Shown in pieces: positions 10,224-22,500 of a stretch of 42,529 nt of DNA. Numbering within the stretch: position 1 is the first letter of the stretch; every line of letters begins with the position of its first letter. The DNA is from Chrysochromulina tobinii. Taxonomy: Eukaryota. Location: the NCBI GenBank assembly GCA_001275005.1, contig JWZX01003335.1:1-42529 (forward strand), in the 5' to 3' direction. A model generated the notes under the pieces. That model was not told the DNA's origin and ran no database searches. It saw only the letters and a program-made list of their open reading frames with translations. Both the position numbers and the translations under genes were made by a program.

Positions 10224-12829
10224 ATGGTCATCGAGTCCGCCTCGCCGCTCACGCTAAGCGATCATGATTTACAAATTATGACCGTGGGGCTGAAGACGCC
10301 CCAAAACTTTGGCGCTCTCTATCGCTTGTGTGGCTGCTTCGGCATCACACAGGTCCATCACGTCGGCGCATGGACCTGGCGAGGCGGTGCAAACGATGCA
10401 AGAGGTGAGGGCCTTCACGAAATGGGTCCCCACGAGCGAGCACTCATGTCAGCTAACGCCAAGGGTTGCGAAAGGTACGTCACGTGCAATGTCTGGAGCT
10501 TCAATCGCCTGCTCGAGTGGCTCAGCGAGCACAAGGATGGTGGTTCGCGGTTGCCGATTGTTGCTCTTGAGATCGTCGACGGAGCTGTGCCGCTTTCCTC
10601 TTTCACGTTCCCGAGCCGCTGCGTGCTCATGGCCGGCGCAGAGGGATCTGGCGTCGACCATCGGATCCTGCAGCGCCTCGTAAAGGGGTACGACCACAAG
10701 GTGTTCATCGAGATGCAAGGCGCACATCAATCGCTCAACGTGACGCACGCCATCGGCATGGCAATCTGCGAGTTCCGGAGCCAGCAGGCGATGGGTGCGC
10801 GCAAGTCGACAGCGTCAGCTGCAGCGCCAACCGCCGCTGCTGACGAGAGCCACAGGCAACTTGTAGGCTCAGCACCCACAGCCGGACATTCACACCTTCC
10901 AACCATTCACAGCTCGGCACCCGCGGCCGGACTTGTTCAAAGGTTGATCGTTTGGCTGCGACAAGTGCCTGCACCGTGGCCGATGCTTAGGGCTTGTCAG
11001 CTTCGTCAGCTTCGTCACCTCCAAGGCGACGATGATGGTCCACTCGCCCGCCTCGCCCGGCGCCTGCAAGACGCCGTCGCTCGAGTTGCCAGTATGCTCG
11101 GTAGCATGACCGGCAGCGCGCCAACGGTCGGAGGCAAGTCCGTCGGGCCGCCATTCACACCTGCCGGGCCGCCATTCACACCTGCCGCCCTCTCAACGGC
11201 ACCCGCACAGCTCAGTGTAGCTACCACGTCGCCTGCCGTCGCGTGCGAGCCACTGCCAGCTGGGCTGTTGCAAGGCGATGCTGAGCTGCGCCTGGTCGAT
11301 GAGGGCGAGGTGCGCCTTCTTGTCTCACCTGCCCTCGCCCAGGCCCCTGGAAGCTCTGTTGGCTTTTACAACCCCAAGATGACGCTACGACGCTCGCTGT
11401 GCGTGCACTTGCTCGCGGCGGCTGTCGCACCGGGCGCTTGGGCCAATACGACAGGCGAGGGGCTGGGCGCGGCCGGGCATACCCTACGTGTCCTCGATGG
11501 CTTCTCGGCCTCAGGCTCAATTGCCATGCGATGGCTCGCCGCCCTTCGCCGCCGGCCGGGCGCCACGCGGAGCGCTCTGCCGGGCGCCGTGACAGGCGCC
11601 GTGGCGAGCGCCGAGGCTCTTGAGGGAGGTGCATCGCACGAGCGCGCTATCGAAGTGACCGCGGCTGATCTCGACGCCGGATGCTGTGCGATGATTGCTC
11701 GCAACGCGGCACTCAACGGCTTTGCGTGCGAGCGGCTCAGTCTGCCATCGGTGGCGGCGTCGCCATCCTCGTTGTCCTCTCTGGCGTGGTCGTCATCGCC
11801 CTCCCCGCCCTCGATGGCTCCGAGCGTGTCGGAGCTCGTGCCGCTGCGTGTGGCATGTGCCGACTTCCGCGCGCTGCTGCTGCACGCGCCGCCGTTTGAT
11901 TTTGTGCATGTGGACCCTTTTGGCTCATGCGTGCCCTTCCTCGATACGCTCGCCAGCCGCGCTGCGCATGGCTCGGTCGTCTCCGTCACGGCCACCGACA
12001 CCAGCGTGCTCTTCGCCAACTATCCCGAAGTGATGACCTCTGATGACCTCTGATGACCTCTGATGACCTCTGATGACCTCTGATGACCTCTGATGACCTC
12101 TGATTGCATCTGATTGCCTCCCTCATCAGGCCAACTATCCCGAGGCGACTCTTCGCGTGAGTACGGCGCTGATGACCTCTGATGATGACCTCTGATTGCC
12201 TCCCTCATCAGGTGACTCTTCGCGTGTACGGCGCGACGGCCAGCCGCAAGGACGGTAACTGGCGTGAAGTCGGCGTGCGAATCCTCTGTGCGGCTTTGGC
12301 CGATGCATGCGCTCGCCATGGACGCGGCGTCGATGTGCTCCACTCACATAGCCCTCCAGGGACACACTTTGTCCACGTGACTGGCCGAATTCGCAAGGGC
12401 GCGGCGGCCTCCGACGCGTCGCGAGCCCTGATTGGGCGTGCAAATACCCCCGACGGCCACGAAGTGGGCCCGCTTTGGCTGGGGCCGCTGCAGAGCGCCC
12501 CCTTTTTGCGACGCTGCCTCGCCTCGTGCGCTGCCGATGAGCCGCCGCCCGACGCGAATGGTGGCGGCGCTGGCCGAAGGTTGCCGCCGGCGCCAGCCTC
12601 GTCCGCTGAGGAGGAGCTGCAACGAGAGGCGCGCAAGGCGTTTGAGCTGGCGCTCGCGGATGCGCCCGGGCTGCCGCCGTTTAGCGTGCACACGGGCAGT
12701 CGTTCACCCACCGCGCTCGTCGAGGCGCTTCGGGCGGCTGGGCACAGCGCGAGCCGCTCGGCCTTTGACCCGATGCGTTTGCGGACAGATGCGCCCGGCG
12801 GGAAGGTGGGGGCCCTGTGGTGCTCTTAG
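10224..12829 (+). CDS. Fusion of a SpoU/TrmH-family SPOUT RNA methyltransferase and a Trm1-like tRNA (guanine-N2,N2)-dimethyltransferase; exons 10224-12029 and 12212-12829 (~807 aa)
   Basis: SPOUT motifs: LKTPQNFGALYR, MAGAEGSGV, IEMQGAHQSLNVTHA. Trm1 motifs: GFYNPKM, VLDGFSASG, FDFVHVDPFGS..PFLD, VSVTATDTSVL, EVGVRIL, GPLWLGPL, RTDAP. Confidence 0.85.
12030..12211 (+). other. Repeat-built (introner-like) intron, 182 nt, containing an internal copy of the exon junction
   Basis: GT donor at 12030; (TGATGACCTC)x7 at 12031-12100; TGATTGCCTCCCTCATCAG acceptor present twice (ending 12129 and 12211). Splicing joins ...NYPE|VTLRVYG in frame. Confidence 0.85.
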
Positions 12830-13446
12830 ATACCCCGTTCGGTTTTCAGTGCGAACAGAATCTCCTACAGACCGCAGGGTGGGGAGTCGGGAGACATCAA
12901 GACGTCGCGCGCGCGTATTTGCTTCTCTCCACGTCGTACTCGACTTTGAAGTAAAAGTCGTGTCGCTTCTCTTCGGTCACACCTCACACTCTGCGCGTGC
13001 ATATCCATATGCCTGCTGCAGATCGTCACTTACACACTTCTTACAATCGTTAGCGTTAGCCGACGTCTTAGCTCGGCTCGAGACGCCTCGCCCCCCCCGA
13101 TGAGCGCGCTCGGACGACGAAAGCACTTGCTTATGGTAGCAGCCCCGTGCGCGCACACTCTCTCTGCTCTGACTCTCTTCCCACAATCCGTCGCCGTTCA
13201 TGCTCTTGCTCGCTTTGGCTGCGAGCCGACCATTGCGTGTCGCGTGCCGAGGCTGTGTCAAAGCCGCTCGTCCGTGTCCAGGCTCCGCTCCACAACCTTC
13301 CACTCTATCGCTCCTGCTGTTGCTCCACGCAAGTCTACACGCAAGTCTGTCGACAAGTCCGCGCGCTGTCTGTCCCAAGGCTTTCACGCCGAGGGCTCGT
13401 TGCCGCGGGAACCTCAGTGACACTCATTCTTGTGCTAGTCTCGTGC

Positions 13447-15672
13447 TCACGTCTCGATGATCGCACCGAGGGGCTTAGGTGCCTCCTTGGGCTCGGGGTT
13501 GGCTGCTTGCCAGTCCGCGAGGGTCGTGTAGAAGCGCTGGGCCGTCTCCAGCCCGTCGGCTCTGAGCTCTTCGGGGTCGCCACATTGCAGGTAGACAGTC
13601 TTGACGAGGCCTTTGACGATGATCGATCCGTCCGAGCCGCTGACTTGAAGATCCGAGTTTAGTTGCTTGTACGAGTTCGCACCGAAGATGCTCCATTCGA
13701 TCGAGTCCTTGACGGCGGGTGTGCCCCACCCTCTGGAGAGGCAGCTGCTGCCGCCCCATGCCCCATTGTTCGTTAGCTTGCAGCGGCGCGGCAGCACGCT
13801 CTGCAGCTTTCGCAGAAGAGTCGCTCTGGTTACATACGAGTGCGGCACTGTGAGATCGCCTTCGGTGCCATCAGCAAAGTCATGCCGACTGACGTCGATC
13901 TCTTCCATGAGACGCTCTTTTTCGACCAAGGGGTGGTTGAAGCTTATCCAACCCTTGACCCAGCTCCAGTCGCCGATGAAGGTGGAGAAGAGCTGGAAGG
14001 GCGGCAAGCGCAGCGTCGAGAGCAGCTTCATGCCACGCACCGCCTCGATGAGCGCTTTCTCGTCGATGAGCGCTTGCTCATCGACTCCGAGGTACTTGCC
14101 GCAGTTGAGGTCGAGGAACGTCAAGTTGGTGCAGTGCTTGCCAATCTCCTTGAGCGTGGTCGAGTTGATCAAGGACTCGCCTTGCAGTGAGAGCGAGGCT
14201 AGCCGTGCGCCCACGACCTTGATTGAGGCCTTGATGGCTGTTAGTGGCGTGTCGCCGCCCGTAAAGTAGAGATGGCGCACCACATGCTGCTTCGCGTGCA
14301 GCAGGTTGGCAAAGTGCGAGGCAGGGCAGAAGATCGCATCCTTGTCTCGAACGGTGCATTTGAGTTGCGATGTGAGCTTGACGCTGTCACAGTGGTGCAG
14401 CCGTAGCGTCGAGAAGAGCTCGGGCTCGAGGCGCATCATGCGGAACGACTTATTCGTAAACTCCGTGAGAACGAGGCGCGAATGCAGCGGGCAGTGCTCG
14501 AGGACCTTGAGGAAGACCTCGACGCCGAGCTCGTGGAACAATCCGCAGTCGCCACCCCATCCAGCGGCGCGATCCGAGCCGCTTGCATCAGGGTTGGCGA
14601 GCTTAGCCATCTTAAAGGTAGGCTTACGCGGTGCCTGTGATGCATCGCGCGGCGAGAAGGCTGCGAGAGCCTGCAGGAGCTGCAGCGTCGCTGGGCTTGT
14701 CGTCATCTTGTTCTGATGGCTGCCCACCGTCTTCTTTCCCGCCGCCGTGCTGCTGGAGGCCGTCGAGCCAGCCGCCCCCGCGGCGCCTCCGTCGCATGCG
14801 TCGCCGCCGTTGGTCGCCGCCGCTGCGCCCGAGGCGGCGGCGGCGAGAGGCATCGCGAGCGGCTCCCACAAGTGCAGGGCGACGCCGTTGCCGATGCTCT
14901 TGGCGGGGTTCTTCTGGCCATGCCCACCAAAGGAGCCGCCAGGCGGATCCTTGAGTATGCGCGCGTGGTACAGCAGCCGTTCGCGAAGCTTAGCCGCGTC
15001 GTCGCGCGGCACGAGGTCCGCCTTGGCCTCGGCCGCACCGATGAGCAGCGTCGTGAGCTGCTGGTCACTGAGCTTACCGAAGCATCCGTACGGCTTGCTG
15101 GGCACGCTGACGGTGCGCAGTTGCTGCCTCAGGCTTTTCATGCCCGCGACGGTGCGTTCGGCAAAAAGCTGAGCACGATAACCACTATCGCGAAACACCA
15201 TCATCTTCAGCATCGCCACAGCCTGCGGCTTCTTCTTGTCGTTGATCACGTACAGGTGAACGCCGAAGTAACTTTTAGGGCAGTTCACAACGAAGCTGTT
15301 CTCGACGAAGCAGCAGAAGGCACGCTGGTCGTTTGGCCACCGCAATGCAACGAGCGTTGCCGTCGATGTCTGAGATCTGACATCTAGATCCGAGCCCCCA
15401 TCCATCTGCTGAGAGCAGCGGCAGAGCACCTCGAAGTGCGTGTGCTCGAGAAGGATCGCGGCGACGGCGCGCTCGCCGTCCAGTTGGTTCGCCCACAGAC
15501 CAGATGTGTCCACGAGCACAGGCGCGCCGCAGCTGAGTGCATCTAGCACCTTGGCAGCCGTGTCATTGTCGAGAGGCCCCGCAGCAGAGGGCAGCACGAT
15601 CGGTAACTTCCTTAGTGCTTCCTTGGCTGACTCGACATCCATCAAGGTGGTCGGCGCCGGCAGAGATGACAT
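13447..15672 (-). CDS. F-box/LRR protein with a long N-terminal region of unknown fold (~741 aa)
   Basis: F-box-like LFHELGVEVFLKVLEHCPLHSRLVLTEFTNKSFR...LFSTLRL, then LRR-like LASLSLQGESLINSTTLKEIGKHCTNLTFLDLN and LLSTLRLP. ATG at 15672. Confidence 0.7.
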   Translation of the reverse strand: MSSLPAPTTLMDVESAKEALRKLPIVLPSAAGPLDNDTAAKVLDALSCGAPVLVDTSGLWANQLDGERAVAAILLEHTHFEVLCRCSQQMDGGSDLDVRSQTSTATLVALRWPNDQRAFCCFVENSFVVNCPKSYFGVHLYVINDKKKPQAVAMLKMMVFRDSGYRAQLFAERTVAGMKSLRQQLRTVSVPSKPYGCFGKLSDQQLTTLLIGAAEAKADLVPRDDAAKLRERLLYHARILKDPPGGSFGGHGQKNPAKSIGNGVALHLWEPLAMPLAAAASGAAAATNGGDACDGGAAGAAGSTASSSTAAGKKTVGSHQNKMTTSPATLQLLQALAAFSPRDASQAPRKPTFKMAKLANPDASGSDRAAGWGGDCGLFHELGVEVFLKVLEHCPLHSRLVLTEFTNKSFRMMRLEPELFSTLRLHHCDSVKLTSQLKCTVRDKDAIFCPASHFANLLHAKQHVVRHLYFTGGDTPLTAIKASIKVVGARLASLSLQGESLINSTTLKEIGKHCTNLTFLDLNCGKYLGVDEQALIDEKALIEAVRGMKLLSTLRLPPFQLFSTFIGDWSWVKGWISFNHPLVEKERLMEEIDVSRHDFADGTEGDLTVPHSYVTRATLLRKLQSVLPRRCKLTNNGAWGGSSCLSRGWGTPAVKDSIEWSIFGANSYKQLNSDLQVSGSDGSIIVKGLVKTVYLQCGDPEELRADGLETAQRFYTTLADWQAANPEPKEAPKPLGAIIET

Positions 15673-15724
15673 CCTTGGGCTTGGCGGGATTCTTGAGTCT
15701 TTGGTTCTTGTTTGTATATTCCTC

Positions 15725-15754
15725 CAAGTCAAGTCAAGTCAAGTCAAGTCAAGT
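15725..15754. repeat. (CAAGT)6 pentamer microsatellite
   Basis: Direct reading; lies ~52 bp upstream of the F-box gene ATG. Confidence 0.95.
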
Positions 15755-16572
15755 AGATTTTCGTTTGCATGCAAGCAGCTGCACTGCAATGATTAGATCG
15801 GCCAAGGCCTCTAGTAGAGGGAGGCGAGCTATTTCAGCCCCCTCCACACGCCACAGACACGAGAGCCACGAGGGATCCAGCGGAGCGCGCGCCACACAGG
15901 CACCGCCAGTCGCGATTCACAGGTCGGCACACCCAGCGAGGGCCCGAGGGGCAAGCCCAGCGCGAGCCAGCGTGCGGCGACCGGCGAGGCAGAGGCGCGA
16001 GCGCCCGAGCGGATATGTCGTCTCCTCTATGTCTATCGTCGCGCGGCGTGTTCGACCGGACTGTCTCCTTGTCATTCGATTTTTGTTCCGTTCTGACGTG
16101 TTCGTAGATATAACGATATAGTGAGCGCATCACACATGCACATCGCGTCGCATCGCATGGCCCATATCTCTCCACGATCAGACACCCAGATCGGTCGCAC
16201 AGCTCTCAGTCTCACGGACGACACGCGCGCTCCCCCCCCGCTGCTCTCGATCCATGCTCTACACAGCGCGAGCGGTGCTCACACGCGGCAGACGCCCGCA
16301 TCGCGCCCGCTCATTACATGCGCGCACTCCACACTGGCGCCCGCTTCCATTCTGCACTCATGCCTGCACATGCCACCTGGCGCGCGCGCGCTCCTCCCCA
16401 CGGAGAGAGCGAGTCACGCCAGCGCGGGGAGCAAGCTCAGTTCGCCGACCCCCACTCAGCCGCGACCACGGATCCATCACACAGACTCACTGTCAACAAA
16501 CCACAACGTAAGCGAGAGGTGCTGCGCGCGTGCGCTTATGCGACGCCCGAGCCCCCTCATCCCCTCAACTGC

Positions 16573-19500
16573 CTAGGCGGCTGCCACCACCTTATGCTCG
16601 TCGCTCGTGCCGGCCAAGTTGGCGAGGAAGCCAGCGACGCGCTGGGCGTCTGTCATCTTCGCCACCTTGGCGTACTTGACGGCGCCGCACAGCGCCAGCG
16701 CCATCTTGTAGTCGCCGCCGCTGCACAAGAAGGCAGCGCTCGCGTCCAGCCACGTGAGGTCGCAGCGCAGATCGCCCACGATCGCGCCACGCACGAGCTT
16801 CTTGCCCTGCAGCTGCTGAATGAACGAGGCTTCGCTGAGCGGGCTGGGCGGCGCAGGCGCTGTGCCGAGCGCCGCCTGCACGTCCGCATCCGCCTTGAGC
16901 GGCGCGAGAAGCTCCGCGAGCTTCGCCTTGCGCGCCGTGCGAGAGAGGTTGCTCTCGATCATGATGCGGAGGGCCACGGGGGCGGTGGCACCTCCGGCGG
17001 TGCCGCCGCCATTGATGGCGTACGCGAGCTGCACGATGAGCTGGAAGAACTCGTGCAGCTCGAGATCGCTGTCGGTCGCGCCCGTCTGCTTGTTCACCTC
17101 GTCGAAGAGCTTGACGATCTTCGGAAGCCCATAGTGAGGTGCGGCGAGCCCGCAGCCGGCCACAAAGTCCACCAGCTCCGTCTGCTGCATGTTCTTATCC
17201 GCGCCCGCGTAGTACAGGAAGATGGCCTCGAGGTCGTCGTACGCCGCCTCGAGCAGACCATACACCTCCTCTTCCCACTCGGGGAACCCGTTGACGCGCG
17301 ACAGGTCCATCTTGCTCCAGTGCGCAGCGAGCCTGCCCCCCTTGGGCGGCTTGTACCGCTCAACTGGCCCGCCCGCGCTCGCGACAATGTCCGAATCGGA
17401 GCTGGTGCCAAGGAACTCCTTGGCGATGCCCTCGATCTTGGCGTTGCGGTCCATGGAAGCCACGTCAGCATACTTGAGCATGCCGCACATGGCGAGCAGC
17501 AGCAGGAACTCCTCAAAGTCGATCGAGTCATTGCCGCCGTCGGCCGCATGCTCGCCGTTCTGGCACAGGATGAAGGCAGACTCGACGTCGAGCGCCGACA
17601 GGCCGACTTCGACCTCCGCGGGCGGCGCGCCCGTCGTGGGCGGGCGCGGGTTGGCCTTCTTGATGACGACGAGGTTGCGATCCTTGAACTCGCCCACGAT
17701 CGTGGGCCTCGTCAAGGTCACCGTCCCGAAGAACATGAGTGCCTTCTTCTCTCGCTTCTTCTCAATCTTCTCAAACTCCTTCTTGAGCGCCGAGCGCGTG
17801 TTCTTGAAGGGACCTGAGAGGTCGAGAGCCATCAGCTCGGTCTTGATCTTGACGATCCGATTCTTCTTGGCCTTGCCGAGGATGTTCTTGGTAAGCGCGG
17901 CCTCAAAGCAGCCCGGCAGCGGATCCTTGACGCCTTCGCCGATGCCGCCAGAGCCAGCGAGCTTCGGGTTCGCACGGTGGAGCGAGATGTGCAGCAGCAG
18001 CGCCATGAAGGCAGGCAGGTCGAGACCCTCCTTGAGCTTGGGCGAGTTGTTGCACAGGTCCTTGTACAGCGACTGCACGCGCGCGATCGAGAACTCGGCG
18101 GTGATCAGTCCGCTGTCGCGGCAGAAGGAGGCGAGCTCGTTCTCCTGCAGCGTGACCGCCTGCCACGCCGTCGACTGCAGCTGACCGCCCGTGATCGACT
18201 GCGCATAGTTGGAGAAGATGCCATAGATCTCCTCGAAGTTGGGCTGCAGCAGCTTGAAGACCGCCTCCTCCCAGACGGGGAAGCCGACGATGTCTGTGAT
18301 GACCATCTCCTTCCAGCAGTTGACGAACTGCGCGTGCAGCTGCGGCCCGCCGGTCACCGCCGGGTTGGCCTTTTCGAAGAACTTGTTGCGCGGCGGCTCC
18401 GGGAAGAGTGCGTCCGTGAGCACGTCCTGCTCCGACTTGCGCTCCATGAGCTGGTTGATCGCGCCCCCGACGCACTGGCTGAGCTTCATGCCGTCCTCGA
18501 TGGCCGCGCGGTACTTGATGAAGCCGCACACGGCCAGTGCGACCATGAACTCCTCAAAGTCGACAAATTGCCGCGCGTCGCCTACGGCGAGCTTCTGCTT
18601 CTCGGAGCCGTCCTGAGCGGCCGCAAAGGCGCTCTTCGCATCGATGGACGAGAGACCCATCGCGTACTTCTTCATCGGCTGGCCGACCACGGGCGGCCGC
18701 GGCGCGACCGTCGTGTCGGAGACAACCTTGGAGTCGTACATCGCGTCGTAAAAGTCGTCCATCTTCATCGAGAGACCGTCGATGTTCTTGGAGGAGGCGG
18801 CCGAGAGCTTGCCGCCCTGCTCTCCTTTGCCCGCGATCAGCACGAACTTGTTGGCGAGCTCGGCGCGGTGCGCCTTGAAGAGCTTTTGGCACTCGGGATC
18901 CTCCTTGATCTTCTTGACGAGCGCGGGCATCTCGTCCCGCTTGGCCTTGGTCAGGATGTTCTTGGTAAGCAGCGTCTCGAGGCAGCCAGGCAGCGGGTTG
19001 GCGACCTTGTCGACCGTGTTCTGGCCGAGTTGGCCAAACTTGGGGTTGGCCTTGGCAAACGCGAGCATCACGAGCACCTCGTAGAACTCGTGGATCTCGA
19101 GGCCGTGGTCGCCCGCCTCGGCGCCTTTGCCCACCTTGACGCGCTTGTCCGCCTTCGAGGCGACCTGCGTGTCGTCGACCTGGTCGCCGCGCTCATAGAT
19201 GCCGGTGACGCGCACCATCGGGAACTCGGTGTCGTTCGAGGACGAGATGCCGCAGTCGAGAGCAAAATTGGTCAGCTCCGTCTTCTGCATCGTGAACAGC
19301 GCAGTCGCGGTGCTCGAGCCGGCGGTGCCGCTCTTGGCGTAGCCCGAGAAGATTATCTTGAGCTCGTCGTGCGCCTTGGCCAGCAGCATGAAGACCTCCT
19401 TCTCCCACGTCGGGAAGTAGAAGACGTGCGTCAGGTTCATCTTAGACCACACGGCGAGGAAGCTCTTGTCGGCGGACGAGGCGGTGGGCGTGAAGCGCGG

Positions 19501-22500
19501 AGCGGGGGGCTGGAGCACCTCGGAGACCACCGAGTGGGCGTCGCGCGTCTGCAAGTAGTTGTCGTACATGCCCGCCACCTTCTGGCCGAGGGTCATCTTG
19601 TCATCGGGCACGTTCTCGTACTTGATCACGCCGCAGAGCGCGAGCGCGCTGCACCACTCCTCGAAAGTCACAAAGCCGTCGCTGTCGTTCTGGCACGTGA
19701 CGAAGGCGCCCTTGACGTCGAGCCACGAGAGGTTCGACTTGATCGGCACGACGACATCGCCGGTGATCGCCGGAGTCGGCTTGATCGTGAGGTCCTCGCA
19801 GCACATGCGCGGAAGGTGCGTGTTGGGGTTCTCCGCGATGTCGGTGTTGAACATCTCGATGCCGAGCAGCGAGCTCGAGCCGTCCTCTTCGCCGCCCGCG
19901 TTGCCGAATTGGTCCTTCGTGCCCGTCATCGTCGTCGCGTCGCGCTGCGAGGCGGCCTCGAACTGAAGCTTGAGAGCTGCCTTGCGAACGCGAAGCGCCT
20001 CGACGCACTCGGGATCCTTGTCGACCATCTTCTTGTACTTCATCAACACGTCGCGCTTGGCCTTCACCAGGATGTTCCTTGTCAGCATCGACTCGAGGCA
20101 GCCCGGGAGCGGCTCCTTGACGTACGCCTCCGAGCTCTTGCCGACATCGCCAAACTCGGGCTGCGCGCGCGCGAACGCGATCATCACGAGGCACTCGAAG
20201 AACTCGGGCATGGTGAGCGCCTGGTTGCCCTTCTCCGCCGTCTTGCCCTTGATCGATCCCGCGCGGGAGTCGGCCTTGTTGACCTCGAACGTGTCGTCTT
20301 TCTGGTCGGCGCGCATGAAGATGTTGTTGATGCGCGCCATCTTGAACTGCTCGGTCGCGAGCTCGCAATCGAGCGCGAGGTCGGTGAGCTCCGTCTGCTG
20401 CATCGTCATGGCGGACAAGGCCGAGCCCGAGCCGGCCGAGCCGCTCTTCGCGTACTGCGCAAAGATCGACTTGAGCTCCGGGTACGCGCGCTGGAAGACG
20501 CCAAAGAGCTCCTCCTCCCACAGCGGGAAGCCGAAGACGTGGCTCAGGTCCATCTGAGACCACACCTTGAGCAGCGCCTTGTGCTCCGCCTCGGCCTGGT
20601 CCTTGAGCGGCTTCGCTTTGGATGTGTCGTAGCGCGGCGGCGGCGGCACGACCGCCTCGCTCACGATGAACTGCTCGTCCGCCTCGTTGAGGTAGTTCTG
20701 GACCATGCCGCTGAAGCGCGTCGCAAGTGTCATCTCAGCGATGTTCTCGTACTTGATCGAACCGCACAGCGCGAGCGCGATGACAAACTCATCAAAGTCG
20801 ATGCTCTCGTTGCCCTCCTCGCCGCCGTCGCCGCGCTGCGCCGTGGTGAACGCGCCCTTGGCGTCGAGCCACGAGAAGTTGCACTTCTGCACGGGGAAGA
20901 CCTGGCCCTTGACTTTGGGCGTGGGCTTGATCATCAGGTCCTGGATGCATCGACGCTCCTGCAGCTGCTTCTGGAACATGTCCATCGACATCACCTGCTT
21001 GCCAAAGACCATGCGCACACCCACCTTGGTCGTCTCGATGAAATCCTTCTCCAGAGCCTTCCGGATACCGGGCATGATCATCTGGCAATCGCGGTCCGTC
21101 TCGAGCGACGCCTTGATGAGCGCGAGCTTATCGCGCTTGGCGTTCTTGAGAATGTAGCCGTTGAGCACGGACTCGAGGCAGCCGGGGAGCGGCTTATCCA
21201 CCGAGAAGTTGTGGCCCAACTCACCGAAATCAGGGTTGGAGTAGTAGAGGGACATCGCCACAACAGCCTCGAGGAACTCCTCGAGCTTCAGCCCGTGGTC
21301 TCCCGCCTGGGCAAAGTCGCCCTTCATGACGGTGATCTCGACCTCCTGGATGCGGTCCGCTGCGCGCTGCAGCGTGTTGACGTTCGCCTTGTCGGACCCG
21401 TCGCCCGCCTTGGCGTCCTTGTTGACGCCGAGCGTCTTCACCTTGGTCGCCTTGAGAGTATCGTCCACCTGGTCGGCGCGCGTGAAGATGTTGGTCACGC
21501 GCGTCGCGTTGAAGCCCTGCTCGTGGTTGCTCACGACGCCGCAGTCCATGGCGAAGTTGAAGAACTCGGTCTTCTGCATCGTCTGCAGCGAGGTGGCGCT
21601 CGCCGAGCCGGCGGTGCCGCTCTTCGAGTACTGCGAGAAGATGGATGAAAGCTCGCCGAAGGACTTCTCGAGCAGCGCGAAGACGCCCTCCTCAAACTCC
21701 GGGAAGCCGAAGAGGTGCGACAGGTCCATCTTCTTCCACGTGTCCATGAAGGTGGCCGAGGGCACGGGGCCGCCCGTGTTGCGCTTGACCGCCGGGTTGA
21801 AGCGCGGCGGCGGCGGGTAGCACAGGTCGATGCACTTCTGCTCGTCCGTCTCGCCCAGGTAGTTAGTGTACAGGCTGTCCACCTTTTGGGCGAGGCTCAT
21901 CTTCTCTACATTCGCGTACTTGATCGAGCCGCAGAGCGCGAGGCACACCATGAACTCGTCGAAGTTGATCGTGGTCGCCGTGTTCTCCTTCTCGACCTTT
22001 TGCGAGGTGACGAAGGCGCCCTTGGCATCGATGACCGAGAGCTTCGTCACGACCGGGTCGAGCTTCTTGCCCTTGACCGGCGAGGTGGGCGTGATCTCAA
22101 CGTCGCGCGCGATGCCGCGCTCGAAGAGGTCCTGCGTGAACACGTCCATCGAGAGCGTTGGCCCGCCCTTGCCCGGCTTCTGCTTTTCGCTCTTGCACAG
22201 CTTGTCGAAGACTCGCTTGAGACCGTCGCGCCGGCGCTGCATCGCATCCTGCACGCCGTCCTGCTTCAGCTGCGCCTTGACGGCGGCCAGCTGGTCGCGC
22301 TTCGCGTTGAGCAGCAAGTTCTCCTTGAGCATGGTCACGAGGCAGTCGGGCAACGGCACGTCCACCTTAGTCGCGTCGCCCGCGAGCGTCATCGACGGGT
22401 TGGCGCGGAAGAGCGCGAGCATCACGACCGCCTCGAGGAACTCGAAGAGCTCAAGGGCGCCGTCGCCGGGCTTGGGCGCCTCGCCAGGCTTCGCGTCGGC

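Noticed and set aside
12031..12211. Possible CRISPR or telomere-like array
   Set aside because: The 10-bp units are contiguous with no unique spacers, there are no cas genes, and the array is bounded by splice sites inside a eukaryotic gene.
12030..12829. Apparent stop/frameshift suggesting a Trm1 pseudogene
   Set aside because: Resolved by a GT-AG intron that restores the frame.
161..13048. Similar motifs CTTCACACACTTTTCACAATC (161-181) and CTTACACACTTCTTACAATC (13029-13048) downstream of minus-strand genes
   Set aside because: Short, low-complexity and only two copies; could be a 3'-end signal but cannot be supported from this window.
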